Origin: Octopus sinensis
Lineage: Eukaryota
Length of the DNA stretch: 64,000 nt
Direction: 5' to 3'
Assembly: GCF_006345805.1 (NCBI RefSeq)
Contig: NC_043006.1
Location: 80,538,001-80,602,000, forward strand
The notes under the pieces are model-generated. The model ran no database searches, was not told the origin of the DNA, and saw only the letters and a list, made by a program, of their open reading frames with translations. Positions 30,287 to 43,283 of the stretch are shown in pieces. The translations under genes were made by a program, and so were the position numbers. Numbering within the stretch: the first letter of the stretch is position 1; every line of letters begins with the position of its first letter.

Positions 30287-30320
<34 letters not shown>

Positions 30321-33300
30321 CATGCCTACATATACATACATATATCTAGTAATATATAAAATATATTGTGCGCGTATTCGCTTTTCGCGCGGAACCGGAT
30401 TCAACAATTGCTTTCATATTTGTGATGCATGAATAATTCGACATCGGTCAAATGATAGGCTGTTCATTCGACTTTTTTTTATTAGAAATTATTTTAAAAA
30501 CTATTGCTTTTTATATTACACTCACGTCTTTGAAAGATTTTGAAATGTTTACTTCCGGTGTTCTAGCGTTTGTGACGTAACATATATCTTTATGTATCTC
30601 TCTCTATCCATTTGTTTCTAATTATATCTAACTCTCTATAACATATTTCTCTATTTATATCTCTTGTTTTCACTTTCATTTTTCAGACAATATTTACAAT
30701 TTCAATTTCCATACGACATTGTTTAACTTCCATGTTATTGTTTTCACTGTAAGTCTAAGTTTTCAATTACGAATTCCCGCCGCCACGCCAATTTGGATGA
30801 TCATAACTTTCAGAAAAAAGGATAGTTTGTAATAAACCTTTCTACAAATATGTGTGATGTCATGTAGATTTCGAAAATACAAAATTTTGTGGGTAGGAGT
30901 TTTAGGAGGGAGTAGGAATTTTCTGAAATTTCCAATTCAATTCGTCTTAACTTTCAAGAAAATTAATATTATTTAATAAAATTCTCTACAAATTTTTCTC
31001 GGTGTATATAGATTCCGAAGACATAGGAATTTTTGCAGAAAACAATTGGGGGTTACATTTGAGAACTGTTCCCCACTCAGAAGTGTTTCGTAACATGTCG
31101 TCCATATTTGTTTCATTTTCTCCGTTTTTTGCGTTTGTGCATCCCTAGAGTTCCACTGAAGCAACAAACAGGCAATGAAGTCAGATGAAGCTCTCCCCAG
31201 AAAACTCGTTATGCTAAAAATAACATCTAAAGGTCTGGTCCACAGAAATATGCTATTAAGATGAATTCTCTATCGCGTACGATTTCTTTTCACTTAAAAT
31301 ACATTCCCAGGAAAACATTACTAATAGAACGGCAGAAGACACTCGCAGCAAAAATAAGGAATATACACGCTTGACAGGGGTCAAACAAAGTAACTGTCTA
31401 ATTTATCATTGTTAATTGTCCTGCAGCTATAATCTGTTGACATTGTTCCATGTTCAATTATAGTCTCGCTGATCACATCTGAACAACATTCATTATATAG
31501 ATAACAATATTGATGACAAAAAAATGTGTGCAAACTTTCTATATCGCATTCAATTTTGTAATATATTCTGGAAATAATGTAACATCCTAAATATTAGTGT
31601 TACATTTTATGCAGCAACCTATATTTTAAAAGTATTTATGTCTCGATCGATTTGCCTAGTACTTATCCTATCGGTCCCTTTTGCTGAACCGCTAGGTTAC
31701 AAGGACGTAAACACACCAAAATTGGTTGTCAAGAGATGTTGGGGAACAAACACACATATAATGAATATCATGGTGTGTGGATCAACACAAACACACGTTT
31801 GCTATCACTGGCATTTACACACACATAGTCTTCGTTCTATCTCTCTTTATCATACTCTAAGAAAAAAGTCCACATTTTGACGGACATACACACACACACG
31901 CATACACACACACACACACACACAGAGACTCACACACACACACACTGACATAGAGAAACATCTTTTTTGTGGAGATTATTTATCGGTTCATCATTTCAGA
32001 TTTGTCATACAATTTTGTAAGAAAATTATTCTCCTTCAAATAACCGAGAAGTAATTTTGTCTCTATTCTTCATTACAGAAAACATTATTAATGTATTCAT
32101 ACTCACAATTTTCTTCAGACATTATATTGATTACTATTGTTTGGATAGTAACAATTAAATAAGTCCAGAAGGTAAGTTAAATATATAAACATGCATAAGT
32201 TCCATGAATTCTCATGCTACCAATGGCAGATAATTTCGTGAGTACTTTACCGGGCTACGCTGGGTAGTAATCTAGTATGCTTTACGGGCAGGTTGTTGTA
32301 AAATGAAGGAGATTTAGCAGTTAGTTTTAGCAGGTCAAAGCACCAAATTGTGAATCCCAGTGTTGCTTTGACTCCATATTTTGTTCAGTGAATCGAGTTG
32401 GAGCTTCAAATATATTCAGATTATTTATCTTAATATTGATTCATTATAAACATTCTGATTTGTACAATTATCAATAATATTTACTTAAGTAACTTACAAT
32501 TAATGTTCTGCTGTCCAACGTTTATTTTACAGTCATTCAGCCTACTATATGTTTGTGTTTGATTTCTGTTTATGTGAAATATTTTGGGAAAATGATAGAG
32601 GGAAGTTGGGAGAGAAACAGTTGCAATCATCGGGGCTTGCATTCGCCCGCAAAGGAGTAGAGGTTGCCTAAATTTACTGGAGACTCGTTGATAGATGATG
32701 GGATCAACAATGGATAGATAGATCCGAGCGCAGCATTTGCTTGGCCAATAATTAGCAAAATTCATATAGACACTGCACCATCCACACTGAAACATTGAAT
32801 GTAAGGTTTAACGTTGCATATGTGAAGGTGAAAAATCTAAACGTATAACTATTCAAAATTACCGTCTTGCTGTCTCAGACGAATTACATCTTGTAGAGGT
32901 ACCTATTTATATATATTTTGTACGGAATTGTTTAGCCATGTGAAAATTTTAAATCAGATTAAAATCACTTTGTCAGATATCTCCTGATACCTGTTAACCC
33001 TCTATTCGGCGCGAGAGTAAATGAATGAAATATGACATTGACTTCGAAATGTATACTTTTCATTTCGTGAGGTTGTAAATTCTAGAGCTTCGAAGAAAAA
33101 TCATTGAGGTATTTTCCCCGAGACTACGTTTCCAGTCGAAGTCAATATGACTTTAATCCCTTTGGATCCAATTATCTGCATCCCTCAAAATTCCGGATAT
33201 TGTGCCTATATAAAACCCATTCTGTTACTTTTTCATACCCTGTCCGAATATGCAGGAATAAAGACAAAACATAAACCCTCTTCATCAAGTAACCTCGGTG

Positions 33301-34015
33301 GGGTCACAGGTTAAGATTGTATTACGTTGTATTACGACTACCAGTAGATTTCGTCTTCACATACCACAATTCAATGACGATTGTGTCTGTGAATGTATGC
33401 TTGCACGAGAATGAGAGAGTGAGAGGGAGAGAGAGATGATTTTAGCGCATAAACAGTGGGGTTATTTCACTGAATCTTTCCGGTTATATCACTCATTCTC
33501 ATAACCTTCGTCGTTAAAATAGATCCATCAAACATTTTCAATTACATATTCTTTTACTGTATTTCTTTTGTTAGATTTTTACTGTATTTCTTTTGTGGAT
33601 TTCTCATTTTTGGACTGAATATAGACCTTAGTCCGGAGATAAACTCGCATGGCAAAAGTTTTAATTGAGACTGTGCGTTGAAGCTAAAACAGTTAAATTA
33701 GTAATTAAAAAGAACATTAAAAAACACAACTACTTAAACATTTCTTAGTTTTATTGTAGTATGTACGACCTAGTCACAGACATGGATCCACTGCCACACA
33801 TTGACTTTGGGAAACGGAATTACTGAGGATGTATGTAACTTTTGAAATTACGTTGCTGAAAAATAGAAGCAGATTTTAACCAGGAATTATAAAGATGTCA
33901 CCTTCCCGTATGGCTAGAATGACAGAGATAATATGTTCTTGTGAATAGTCACAAAAGCCGAATAATATTGTAACATTATTTATTCCACATAAGATATATA
34001 TAATACATGAGATTT

Positions 34016-34046
<31 letters not shown>

Positions 34047-36115
34047 GCAAGAAAATAAAAACATGTAATTGGTAGATATTGACAATACAAATAATATTGT
34101 AAGAAATAGTATGATAGAATGAAATAAAAATGAAAGAAAGTGACGTAATAGGATAAAGTAAAATAGAGATTAAAAGGTAAACTGGAAAGAAAATTATAGT
34201 TATGAAGAAATAATAAAATGATAGAATATATAATAAATATCTCTCTGTATATAAAACCCAGACTGTGTGTGTGTGTGGAAACCAGCATAACGTCTGAAGT
34301 TTGTAAATGATCTTCTTCAAACTGGGAGCATGCACCTCTTATGTTACAGAGATGTTTTTTATACTTTTTAAATGTTTCACATGATAAATAATGGGGTGAG
34401 TAACAACCTTCCTGGGGCAAGTATGACTACTGTGGAGAAAGGGGGCGGGATAACTGATTGCAAGTTAACATTTCTTAAAATTTGCTAAGAATTGTTTTTT
34501 TATTGAGATTTTTTTATTAACTTGCAACTGTCATATTTCTTGATATAATGTCTTCAAAGGAGTGATCATCTATTGCTCAAAAATGGTGGTGGCAGAGAAA
34601 TTGAAAAGAAAGAGAGCTAAAGAATCATCGCATTAGACTTCAATTAGACAATCACAAAATGCTGCATGTACAGCTACTGCATGTACAGTGTTCGCCTGGC
34701 CACGAATTCTGCATTAATAATTTCATCCAATACCTACCCTTAACACGTCAGAACTTTCATGAATATTTATCTCTTGTGTTGCTGTTTAGCGCGCTCACAG
34801 GCTTTATTTATCACATCGATGTAGTTCCTATGTCTGCTGATTGTTCAACGAGGTAGCTGCAACGCCCACAGCCGCAAAGGAGAGTGTATCCACTAACAGT
34901 TTTTTGGCGCATTCAAAAATCACACCTCCACCCACATTTTCTACGGCAACGTTAGTGCCTGGAAACTTCCAATGAGACGCATGACAAGTCACTTAGTCGA
35001 ATTAGTCCTTCATTTACTCCACAAATGTTTTGTGAATGCTGCACATTCCCGTGTCATGTTTCAACCTAACTGTACCATATGTAAAAACTATACCATTTAA
35101 AGCCCGAGCAACGTAGGTATGTCTTCTAGTAATTCAATAACTGTTTATAAAAGTATAGGACAAATAAGAAAATAGAAAGAAGTAAAATATAAATTTCCAA
35201 GCATCGATTTGAAGCGAATAGAATAGATAAACCCGGCCGTAGTCGCAGATTCATTCATATTGTAAATTTAAAAATTATGATATATAAAATAGTATTTATA
35301 CATATTGCATACCACATGAGGGATATTAGTATATAATGCATAAAATAGTTCTTATGATAGGTTATAAACAATCATATATAAATAATAAATATATAGTATA
35401 TAAAATATGAATATCAATATAAATGGACGTTTTAATATAAATTCAAAGTACTTATTAATCGTTTATAAGTATAATAGAGTATAATTCAGTGTATATACCT
35501 TTAAAGCATACTTGCGAAGTTGTTAAAGCAATATGATAAAAAGTATGGGATATAAAGAAAAATTTATATTTATAAAAATTTCAGGTTATAGAAGGCCATC
35601 ATTCAGATCAATGATATAAAAAATTGGATCAGTATTAATTAGATTATAGCGCGTACAGATCAAGTGTTAATTTACTTTTAGTTAATACAGTTATAAGATC
35701 AGGATTAATGGGTACGATAAGATCAAAATATAATGAAATGTAATAAAATATAATAAAAGTATGGTACAAGGACAAGAGTGTTGGCAATCTATTGAAATAT
35801 TATGGATGCGTTTAAGTACCATTTAAAACAGGTATAAATAGTTATAAAAGTTATATTAGAGTAACCAAAATATAACTAAAATGACGAAAGTTCATTTGGG
35901 GGCTTGGAGGTTAGGAAGCCTATTACTATATAACCGCATTGATGATTCTACTACAGAGACATTGGTAGAATGTAAAAAGTGAGTTTAGTGTTGAAAAGGA
36001 TATATAAAACAGGGGCTAGAGGATTATGCTATACATTAAAATTATCTAAAGGTTCGGAGGATTTTGTGAATGCACGAAAATCGAAAATCAAATTTATTAA
36101 TAATTAAAGTATCAT
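29573..36115. repeat. Segmental duplication block A, copy 2
   Basis: Colinear with 1-8510, with internal deletions. Confidence 0.93.
31370..31585 (-). pseudogene. Duplicated 5' stub of an SMB-GPCR paralog
   Basis: Paralog of 1770-1985. ATG at 31585; SMB-like cysteine codons are retained. Confidence 0.8.
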
Positions 36116-36164
36116 ATATGTGTGTGTGCGTATGTGTGTATGCATATATATGTATATATAAATG

Positions 36165-36213
<49 letters not shown>

Positions 36214-36287
36214 AAATATACAAATACGTATATATATATATACATATTTATGTATATATATGTACATTTGTATACATGTATAGTTAG

Positions 36288-36334
<47 letters not shown>

Positions 36335-36365
36335 TATATATATGTATGTACATACATATATGTAA

Positions 36366-36405
<40 letters not shown>

Positions 36406-36462
36406 CATTATTGGTGAATTGAAGAAATGGAGCTGAACGCAGATTGAACAGAAATCGTTTTA

Positions 36463-36551
36463 TTTCATTCTACACGTGTTTCGAAAGGCACAAATTACCA
36501 AAATCCGATTGAATAATGGGACCATATTGTGTCTTTCTCTTCAGGAAGAAA
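36463..36551 (-). ncRNA. Type I hammerhead ribozyme (mirror copy)
   Basis: Exact reverse complement of 39243-39331. Predicted cleavage is between 36471 and 36470. Confidence 0.88.
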
Positions 36552-37169
36552 AAAGGAAATCCGTTGGAAAAACAAAAACAGAACAGAGGCAGAGCAAAAA
36601 ACAAATCGAACTGTGCTCCTAAGAGCCCATGGCGAAACTGTTTATCAGTGTATGTTGAGAACCGGTGGCTGAAGAATTCAACAGGTCAGGCATCGGTCAA
36701 ACATGTGGGTGAGGGTGTATAGACGTTCTTTGTGACCGAGAATAAAGTTCTGACTATTTAAAGAATATTGGATGTTTTATAAGGGGCGAGAAAAAATCTA
36801 CTTAGAGACGTGTGTGTGTGTATACTGTTCTATATATGTGTGTGTTGGCGTAGGGGTAGAAAACATTTTTTGTGTACGTGTGTGCGTTTGATCGTTCGGC
36901 TGTCAGTGGCTACTGCCGTGATAACCGTTGGGTGGCAGAAAGAAAAAAAAAAATAAAGAAAGAAATTATATATATATATTTTATGTTTTATGTGTGTGTG
37001 TGTGTGTTCATCTAAGTCTACCTTGACAAGGAAACCCCCCGCTGTGAAAAAACAAGCCCCGTTTGTCTTACAGGAGTAATTTCCCTTGCAGTGGTTAATT
37101 GTAGATATCTTAAAATCTATTTCAGAATTTGTTACCAAGGGCTATGGGTGCCGGTCTTATTTATAAACG

Positions 37170-37892
37170 CTATTTAAAGGCCAGATAAGTGTAACGCCGC
37201 CAATGGGGGCATCGAAAAGCCGACTGTAAGAGCCCGTTTACCATCCGGCCTCTGGCAAACAAAATATGGAAGAGTTCGGAGACACAAAGGTTGCACTGTC
37301 TTCTGCCCCTATCAAATGGGAGGGCCACCGACAAAATTGACCATTCCAGCCTATAGCTTAAGTTCGCATCCTTCAGTCGCCATATTAGCTTACTGAGTCC
37401 CGTGGTCTGGCGCTTGTTCACGTCCCGAAAAGTTGCGTAATGGTTGGAGACACGCAAAGACAATCTTGAGGACGATGCCCCTATATAAGTGAAAGCATCT
37501 GAGTCCGTGTAAACCTTGCATTGGTAGACGGCGTTTTTGATCTTGGAGTTCGCCGACGTGAATCTTACTCTGCTAGGATTGGTTTCTGAAATTAGAACTG
37601 CGTTCCTGTCACTATATTCGTTCCGAGACCTGCAGCCGCTTACTACTCTATTTTCCACTACGTCACTATTAACTATAGGAATAACCCCTGATTCTCCACT
37701 ATCTATCAGAGTGCTGTCATTGCTACTGCCCGTGGTACTGCTATTGCGGGAAATGATGCTGGGGATGCTAAAGGGGCTCTCTACCCTACTCCCATTGTTA
37801 CCATCAACCACAACACCCCTATTTATAACTATACCCCTAGTGGGTACTCCCTGGCTGGAGCTGAGATTATGTGTCACTGTACTGGCTCTCAT
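37170..37892 (-). CDS. Penelope-type GIY-YIG endonuclease ORF (mirror copy)
   Basis: Identical translation to the + strand copy. Confidence 0.85.
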   Translation of the reverse strand: MRASTVTHNLSSSQGVPTRGIVINRGVVVDGNNGSRVESPFSIPSIISRNSSTTGSSNDSTLIDSGESGVIPIVNSDVVENRVVSGCRSRNEYSDRNAVLISETNPSRVRFTSANSKIKNAVYQCKVYTDSDAFTYIGASSSRLSLRVSNHYATFRDVNKRQTTGLSKLIWRLKDANLSYRLEWSILSVALPFDRGRRQCNLCVSELFHILFARGRMVNGLLQSAFRCPHWRRYTYLAFK

Positions 37893-37900
37893 ATCATGAT

Positions 37901-38623
37901 ATGAGAGCCAGTACAGTGACACATAATCTCAGCTCCAGCCAGGGAGTACCCACTAGGGGTATAGTTATAAATAGGGGTGTTGTGGTTGATGGTAACAATG
38001 GGAGTAGGGTAGAGAGCCCCTTTAGCATCCCCAGCATCATTTCCCGCAATAGCAGTACCACGGGCAGTAGCAATGACAGCACTCTGATAGATAGTGGAGA
38101 ATCAGGGGTTATTCCTATAGTTAATAGTGACGTAGTGGAAAATAGAGTAGTAAGCGGCTGCAGGTCTCGGAACGAATATAGTGACAGGAACGCAGTTCTA
38201 ATTTCAGAAACCAATCCTAGCAGAGTAAGATTCACGTCGGCGAACTCCAAGATCAAAAACGCCGTCTACCAATGCAAGGTTTACACGGACTCAGATGCTT
38301 TCACTTATATAGGGGCATCGTCCTCAAGATTGTCTTTGCGTGTCTCCAACCATTACGCAACTTTTCGGGACGTGAACAAGCGCCAGACCACGGGACTCAG
38401 TAAGCTAATATGGCGACTGAAGGATGCGAACTTAAGCTATAGGCTGGAATGGTCAATTTTGTCGGTGGCCCTCCCATTTGATAGGGGCAGAAGACAGTGC
38501 AACCTTTGTGTCTCCGAACTCTTCCATATTTTGTTTGCCAGAGGCCGGATGGTAAACGGGCTCTTACAGTCGGCTTTTCGATGCCCCCATTGGCGGCGTT
38601 ACACTTATCTGGCCTTTAAATAG
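37901..38623 (+). CDS. Penelope-type GIY-YIG endonuclease ORF, 240 aa from the first in-frame ATG, no RT
   Basis: AVYQCKV...YIGASSSRLSLRVSNH...LSKLIWRLK...EWSIL...CNLCVSELFHI...MVN...CPH fits the GIY-YIG pattern of C-terminal PLE endonucleases. It is preceded by a low-complexity linker. Confidence 0.85.
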   Translation: MRASTVTHNLSSSQGVPTRGIVINRGVVVDGNNGSRVESPFSIPSIISRNSSTTGSSNDSTLIDSGESGVIPIVNSDVVENRVVSGCRSRNEYSDRNAVLISETNPSRVRFTSANSKIKNAVYQCKVYTDSDAFTYIGASSSRLSLRVSNHYATFRDVNKRQTTGLSKLIWRLKDANLSYRLEWSILSVALPFDRGRRQCNLCVSELFHILFARGRMVNGLLQSAFRCPHWRRYTYLAFK

Positions 38624-39242
38624 CGTTTATAAATAAGACCGGCACCCATAGCCCTTGGTAACAAATTCTGAAATAGATTTTAAGATATCTACAATTAACC
38701 ACTGCAAGGGAAATTACTCCTGTAAGACAAACGGGGCTTGTTTTTTCACAGCGGGGGGTTTCCTTGTCAAGGTAGACTTAGATGAACACACACACACACA
38801 CATAAAACATAAAATATATATATATAATTTCTTTCTTTATTTTTTTTTTTTCTTTCTGCCACCCAACGGTTATCACGGCAGTAGCCACTGACAGCCGAAC
38901 GATCAAACGCACACACGTACACAAAAAATGTTTTCTACCCCTACGCCAACACACACATATATAGAACAGTATACACACACACACGTCTCTAAGTAGATTT
39001 TTTCTCGCCCCTTATAAAACATCCAATATTCTTTAAATAGTCAGAACTTTATTCTCGGTCACAAAGAACGTCTATACACCCTCACCCACATGTTTGACCG
39101 ATGCCTGACCTGTTGAATTCTTCAGCCACCGGTTCTCAACATACACTGATAAACAGTTTCGCCATGGGCTCTTAGGAGCACAGTTCGATTTGTTTTTTGC
39201 TCTGCCTCTGTTCTGTTTTTGTTTTTCCAACGGATTTCCTTT

Positions 39243-39331
39243 TTTCTTCCTGAAGAGAAAGACACAATATGGTCCCATTATTCAATCGGATTTTGGTAAT
39301 TTGTGCCTTTCGAAACACGTGTAGAATGAAA
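39243..39331 (+). ncRNA. Type I hammerhead ribozyme, canonical core
   Basis: UUUCUUC-CUGAAGA-GAAAGACACAA...UUGUGCCUUUC-GAAAC-ACGU-GUA/GAAUGAAA. Stem I has 7 bp with one bulge, stem II about 10 bp, and stem III ACACGUGU is palindromic. Cleavage is predicted after 39323. Confidence 0.88.
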
Positions 39332-39567
39332 TAAAACGATTTCTGTTCAATCTGCGTTCAGCTCCATTTCTTCAATTCACCAATAATGTTTTAATTTCAA
39401 TTATCCGCACCAACGCACGGTTGCAACGCCAGATGGTTGTACCTCCAACCGTGCTGTTCACTGCTGTGATTTTTGCTACTAAGGTATCGGTTAAACTTTT
39501 GATTAATCTACTACAAGATTATTCATCTTTCTATTTCACATAATATATATATATATATATATATATA

Positions 39568-40338
39568 CTGGGTTACACAAAATAATTGAAACACCTTAAC
39601 ATTTCTAACAAATTGATTTTGATAAGACGTAGGACCGCCTTTGGTAGTAATTACAGCTTGAAGTCTATGAGGTAGGGGCTCGTTCCAATTTTGAATTGTT
39701 TGGAAAGGAATTTGTATCCATTCTTCATCTAAATCAGTCTCCCATTCTTGTAGTGATGATGGATATCGACTCCTTACGTGTTTTACTACAACACACCTTA
39801 AACGTTCAATAATATTGAGAACTAGTGACTGTGGTGCTCAGATAAGTTATTCCACTTCACTAGAATGTTCCTCGTGCCATTCAGTAACAACCTTAGCTGA
39901 GTGAATTGGTGCATTATCATTCTGAAAGATTGCGTTTCGCTCCGGGAACAGTTCTGCAACCATGGGATGAATTTGATCAAATACTATGCTTAAACAGTCT
40001 TGAGGAATTCTACCATGAAGGGAAACCACTTGGCCGGCGGAGTTCCTAGTTATAGCCGCCCAGATCATCACAGATCCTCCTCTATGTTTAACAGTCTGTG
40101 TCAAATACTTCTTTTGTTGGTCTCCACAGATATACTTGGCCGGTGGTCGGAAATACGGTACACGATGACTCTTTCGAGAAAATAACATTGTTCCAATGCT
40201 CAATGGACTAATACTGTAGCATTTTACTCCACTCTAAACGCTTTGCATCGTTTGGTTTCAAAAGTAGTGGTTTTCTGATTATATTTCTCCCGTGAAATCC
40301 AGCTTTCGACCACTTTGAAAGTCAGATAGATGTGTCAT
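39568..40338 (-). mobile_element. Tc1 transposon, paralog of 14356-15404 with an internal deletion
   Basis: HRGGSVMIWAAI...IFQNDNAPIH (ORF 39847-40203). TA+ctgggttacacaaaataattgaaacacc end. Confidence 0.9.
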
Positions 40339-40349
40339 TTTAATGAATT

Positions 40350-41074
40350 CTAATTTCCTTTTATTACCTTATATATTCTTATAGAAGCTTATCGTATAGG
40401 TATTAATTCTTGTTGTGTACTAATGAATTTAAGGAAAAATTATTTAATAATAAGACGAAAGAAAAATTAATGCAACCATAAATTACATTTATCTTATAAT
40501 AAGTTTAGCTAATTTTTCCGTATATATAAAACACTTTGTTTTGCTACTAATTTGCTGTAGATATAATTTACGTACAGCGTATAAATTAGCATGATATTAT
40601 ATGTTGTATATTACATTATTTGAATACGTTTAAACTTGAATGTTTCTTAAATAAATAAATGAATATATAAATTAATGAATATCTACTTATTATTGTAATA
40701 TAAATTAATTTGAGTATATTATGTATATATTACGTATTCTAGTATTAATTATTTCGACTTTAAATCTTCTAATAAATAGTAATTAATAGTTTTGTTTTTT
40801 TGTTCTATTATACGCTGATTCTAGAATCTTAATATCTTTCGCGATTTTCATTAATATAATGCATACTTCTATATATTTATTTCATTTTTTATTTACGCAA
40901 CGTCTTCACGAGATACATTTCTTATAAACGCTAAGGCCTACGTTTTTACGTTTAAAATTCAGTAAAGAGATTTTCTTAAGTAAGTCATGAATTTCTTGTG
41001 GAAACAATATTATTGAATTCTGTTTGGTTTTGATTGTAAAAATTTTGATTTTTATATTGCTATTTGTTAATTAC

Positions 41075-41125
<51 letters not shown>

Positions 41126-42215
41126 CTTGTAAACTATAATCTTAACATATTACATATAATTTACACTGGGAAATAATTTCGTAAGACAAAATCTTATTGA
41201 ATAGGTAGTAATTTTGTTTTTGTTATGTAATATTGCATGTAATTAAATATTTTAAATAATAATAGAAACTTTGGTTAATTTTATAAATGAGTGAAGTATT
41301 AAACCTATACATAAATTGAATTAATTATATAATAATTTACTAATTTGTGTGCATATATTTCTATTTTAATTCTTGTAGTTATAGTTTGTATTAGCATGAT
41401 GTATATAAGTCAGCATGTAGTTTTTTAGTATATATTACATAATTGGAATAAGATAAAAACTTAGATGTTTATTAAATATAGACATAAATAAATATTTTAA
41501 TGTATATAGATTAAATTATAGTATTTTAGCTTCACTTAATGTATATTATGTATTATATATATTTTGTTTTAATTACGTGTATTTTAATTTTCCAGTAATG
41601 GTGTATTATAATTTGCTATTTTCTTCTATAAGCTAAAATATATTTTTATAGATAAAATATATATTTCTATATATTTATTCTATTTTAATTTACACCACGC
41701 TTTTAACGAGATAAATTTATGTAAACACTAAGACCTATGTATTAAGTTGAAACATTTAGTTAACAGAATATATTCCAGAAGATATTTCATGTTTTTATTT
41801 TAAGATATATTGATGAATTTTGTTCGATTTTCTATTGTAAATGTACGTATTTTTATATATATTTATATTATCTTTAATATAATATACGTACATTTATTTA
41901 ATTACTTCATAGTTTTTATCTTAGACCTGATGAGTGAAAATATTTAAACTGAATTGATTTTATTGTTATCAACTTGAAAATACAATCCCGAAACACGTGT
42001 AGTATATTTACAATTTATATAATATTTATTTATTATTTCGTACTCTATTTATTTCTAGGTAAGCGTTTTATCGTATCTTTAATTTTTTCTATATGATATG
42101 ATTTAAGTATGTCATTGCTGAATTGCTATATGGTCGTTCTTCTATAATTCATATACATGTGAAACTTGATTCAGTATTATTATATTGAATTTTTACTTGT
42201 AATTTGGGAAAATTA
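40350..42215 (+). repeat. AT-rich decayed repeat with degenerate hammerhead (paralog of 15420-17640)
   Basis: Colinear with unit 1. CTGATGAGTG...GAAACACGTGTA at 41927-42001. Confidence 0.5.
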
Positions 42216-42243
42216 TTTCTTCTTCTTCTTCTTCTTCTTCTTC

Positions 42244-42286
<43 letters not shown>

Positions 42287-42298
42287 CATTATTATAAC

Positions 42299-42343
<45 letters not shown>

Positions 42344-43283
42344 CATTATTATTATTATTATTATTATCATTATTATCATTAATATTATTATTATTAATCA
42401 TATTATTATTATAAATGTGCATATATATATATATATATATATACATATGATAATTAAGTTCGTAAGGTCACCTAATCAGGCTGATGGAATCATACATTCC
42501 GGAGATTTCACGTCCGCTTCGTTGCCACATAATGGAAAGGAAGGTGCCACAGACTGACAAGCGAAAGGTATCTGTTGCTATATCGTGTATATGAGAAACA
42601 GTCAACATTTTAATCCAACTTTACACGGATATTCCAAGATGCTGAGACGTACGTATAAGCTATTTTTCAAACGATATCACGTAGGACCTTAGATGGATTG
42701 TGAAATCAACTGAGAAGAATTATCAGGGAATATTTGTTTCGTGATAGAACTTGCTGCAGACAGTCGGTCAACTCCTCGTTTCTTTCCGTTATGGGGAGGA
42801 AGCAGCTGAATAATTCACCCGACCAAGTATGATTTCACAAAGACTCCTTTTGATCCGTATGTATTTTGGATTTTCCCTCTCCCTTGATCTAACGAGTGAA
42901 GACGTTGATGGAAGCGGCAATTAGCACCGTATTCTCATTTTTGGTATATTCACCTTTGACGTCGTTTTGAATTCTTACGTTGATCGATATACTACTTCAT
43001 TGGACAAGCAGCAATCCAGAAGGCGGTGGGATGGTTTGGGTGGAATTGTTTCTGTTACCAGTTGAATAATGAATGACACCTCTAGGAGTTTGTTTTGGAC
43101 TATATTTTCTGATTCGGGAAGCAATATTTTAGAGAGAAATAACATACATTCATACATTAATGTGATGAGAGTTGAAGAGTGTATAGTTATACCAAGTGGG
43201 TGGGTGGTAATTGGCGACTCATACGATTTAGTTGAACACCTAACTTATATAGTGTAATACGATGAAATCAATTCATTTCATAA

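Larger units (their letters stand above)
36404..39390. mobile_element. Spacer-free palindrome of a 5'-truncated Penelope-like element (two head-to-head ~1493-bp arms)
   Basis: The symmetry axis lies between 37896 and 37897 (atatca|tgatat). The ends aacattattggtgaattgaag and cttcaattcaccaataatgtt are reverse complements. Mirror ORFs are identical. The only arm difference I saw is an 11 vs 12 nt homopolymer. Confidence 0.95.

Noticed and set aside
37537-38256. Two 120-aa Leu-rich ORFs antisense to the endonuclease linker
   Set aside because: They are shadow frames of the GIY-YIG ORF, duplicated by the palindrome, with no independent evidence.
39085-39200. Hairpin in the PLE 3' UTR considered as a SECIS or second ribozyme
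   Set aside because: A UGUUGA/UCAACA stem is present, but I see no SECIS quartet with apical AA and the ORF has no in-frame TGA. On the opposite strand, GAAAC...CUGAAGA lacks a valid NUH site and stem I.
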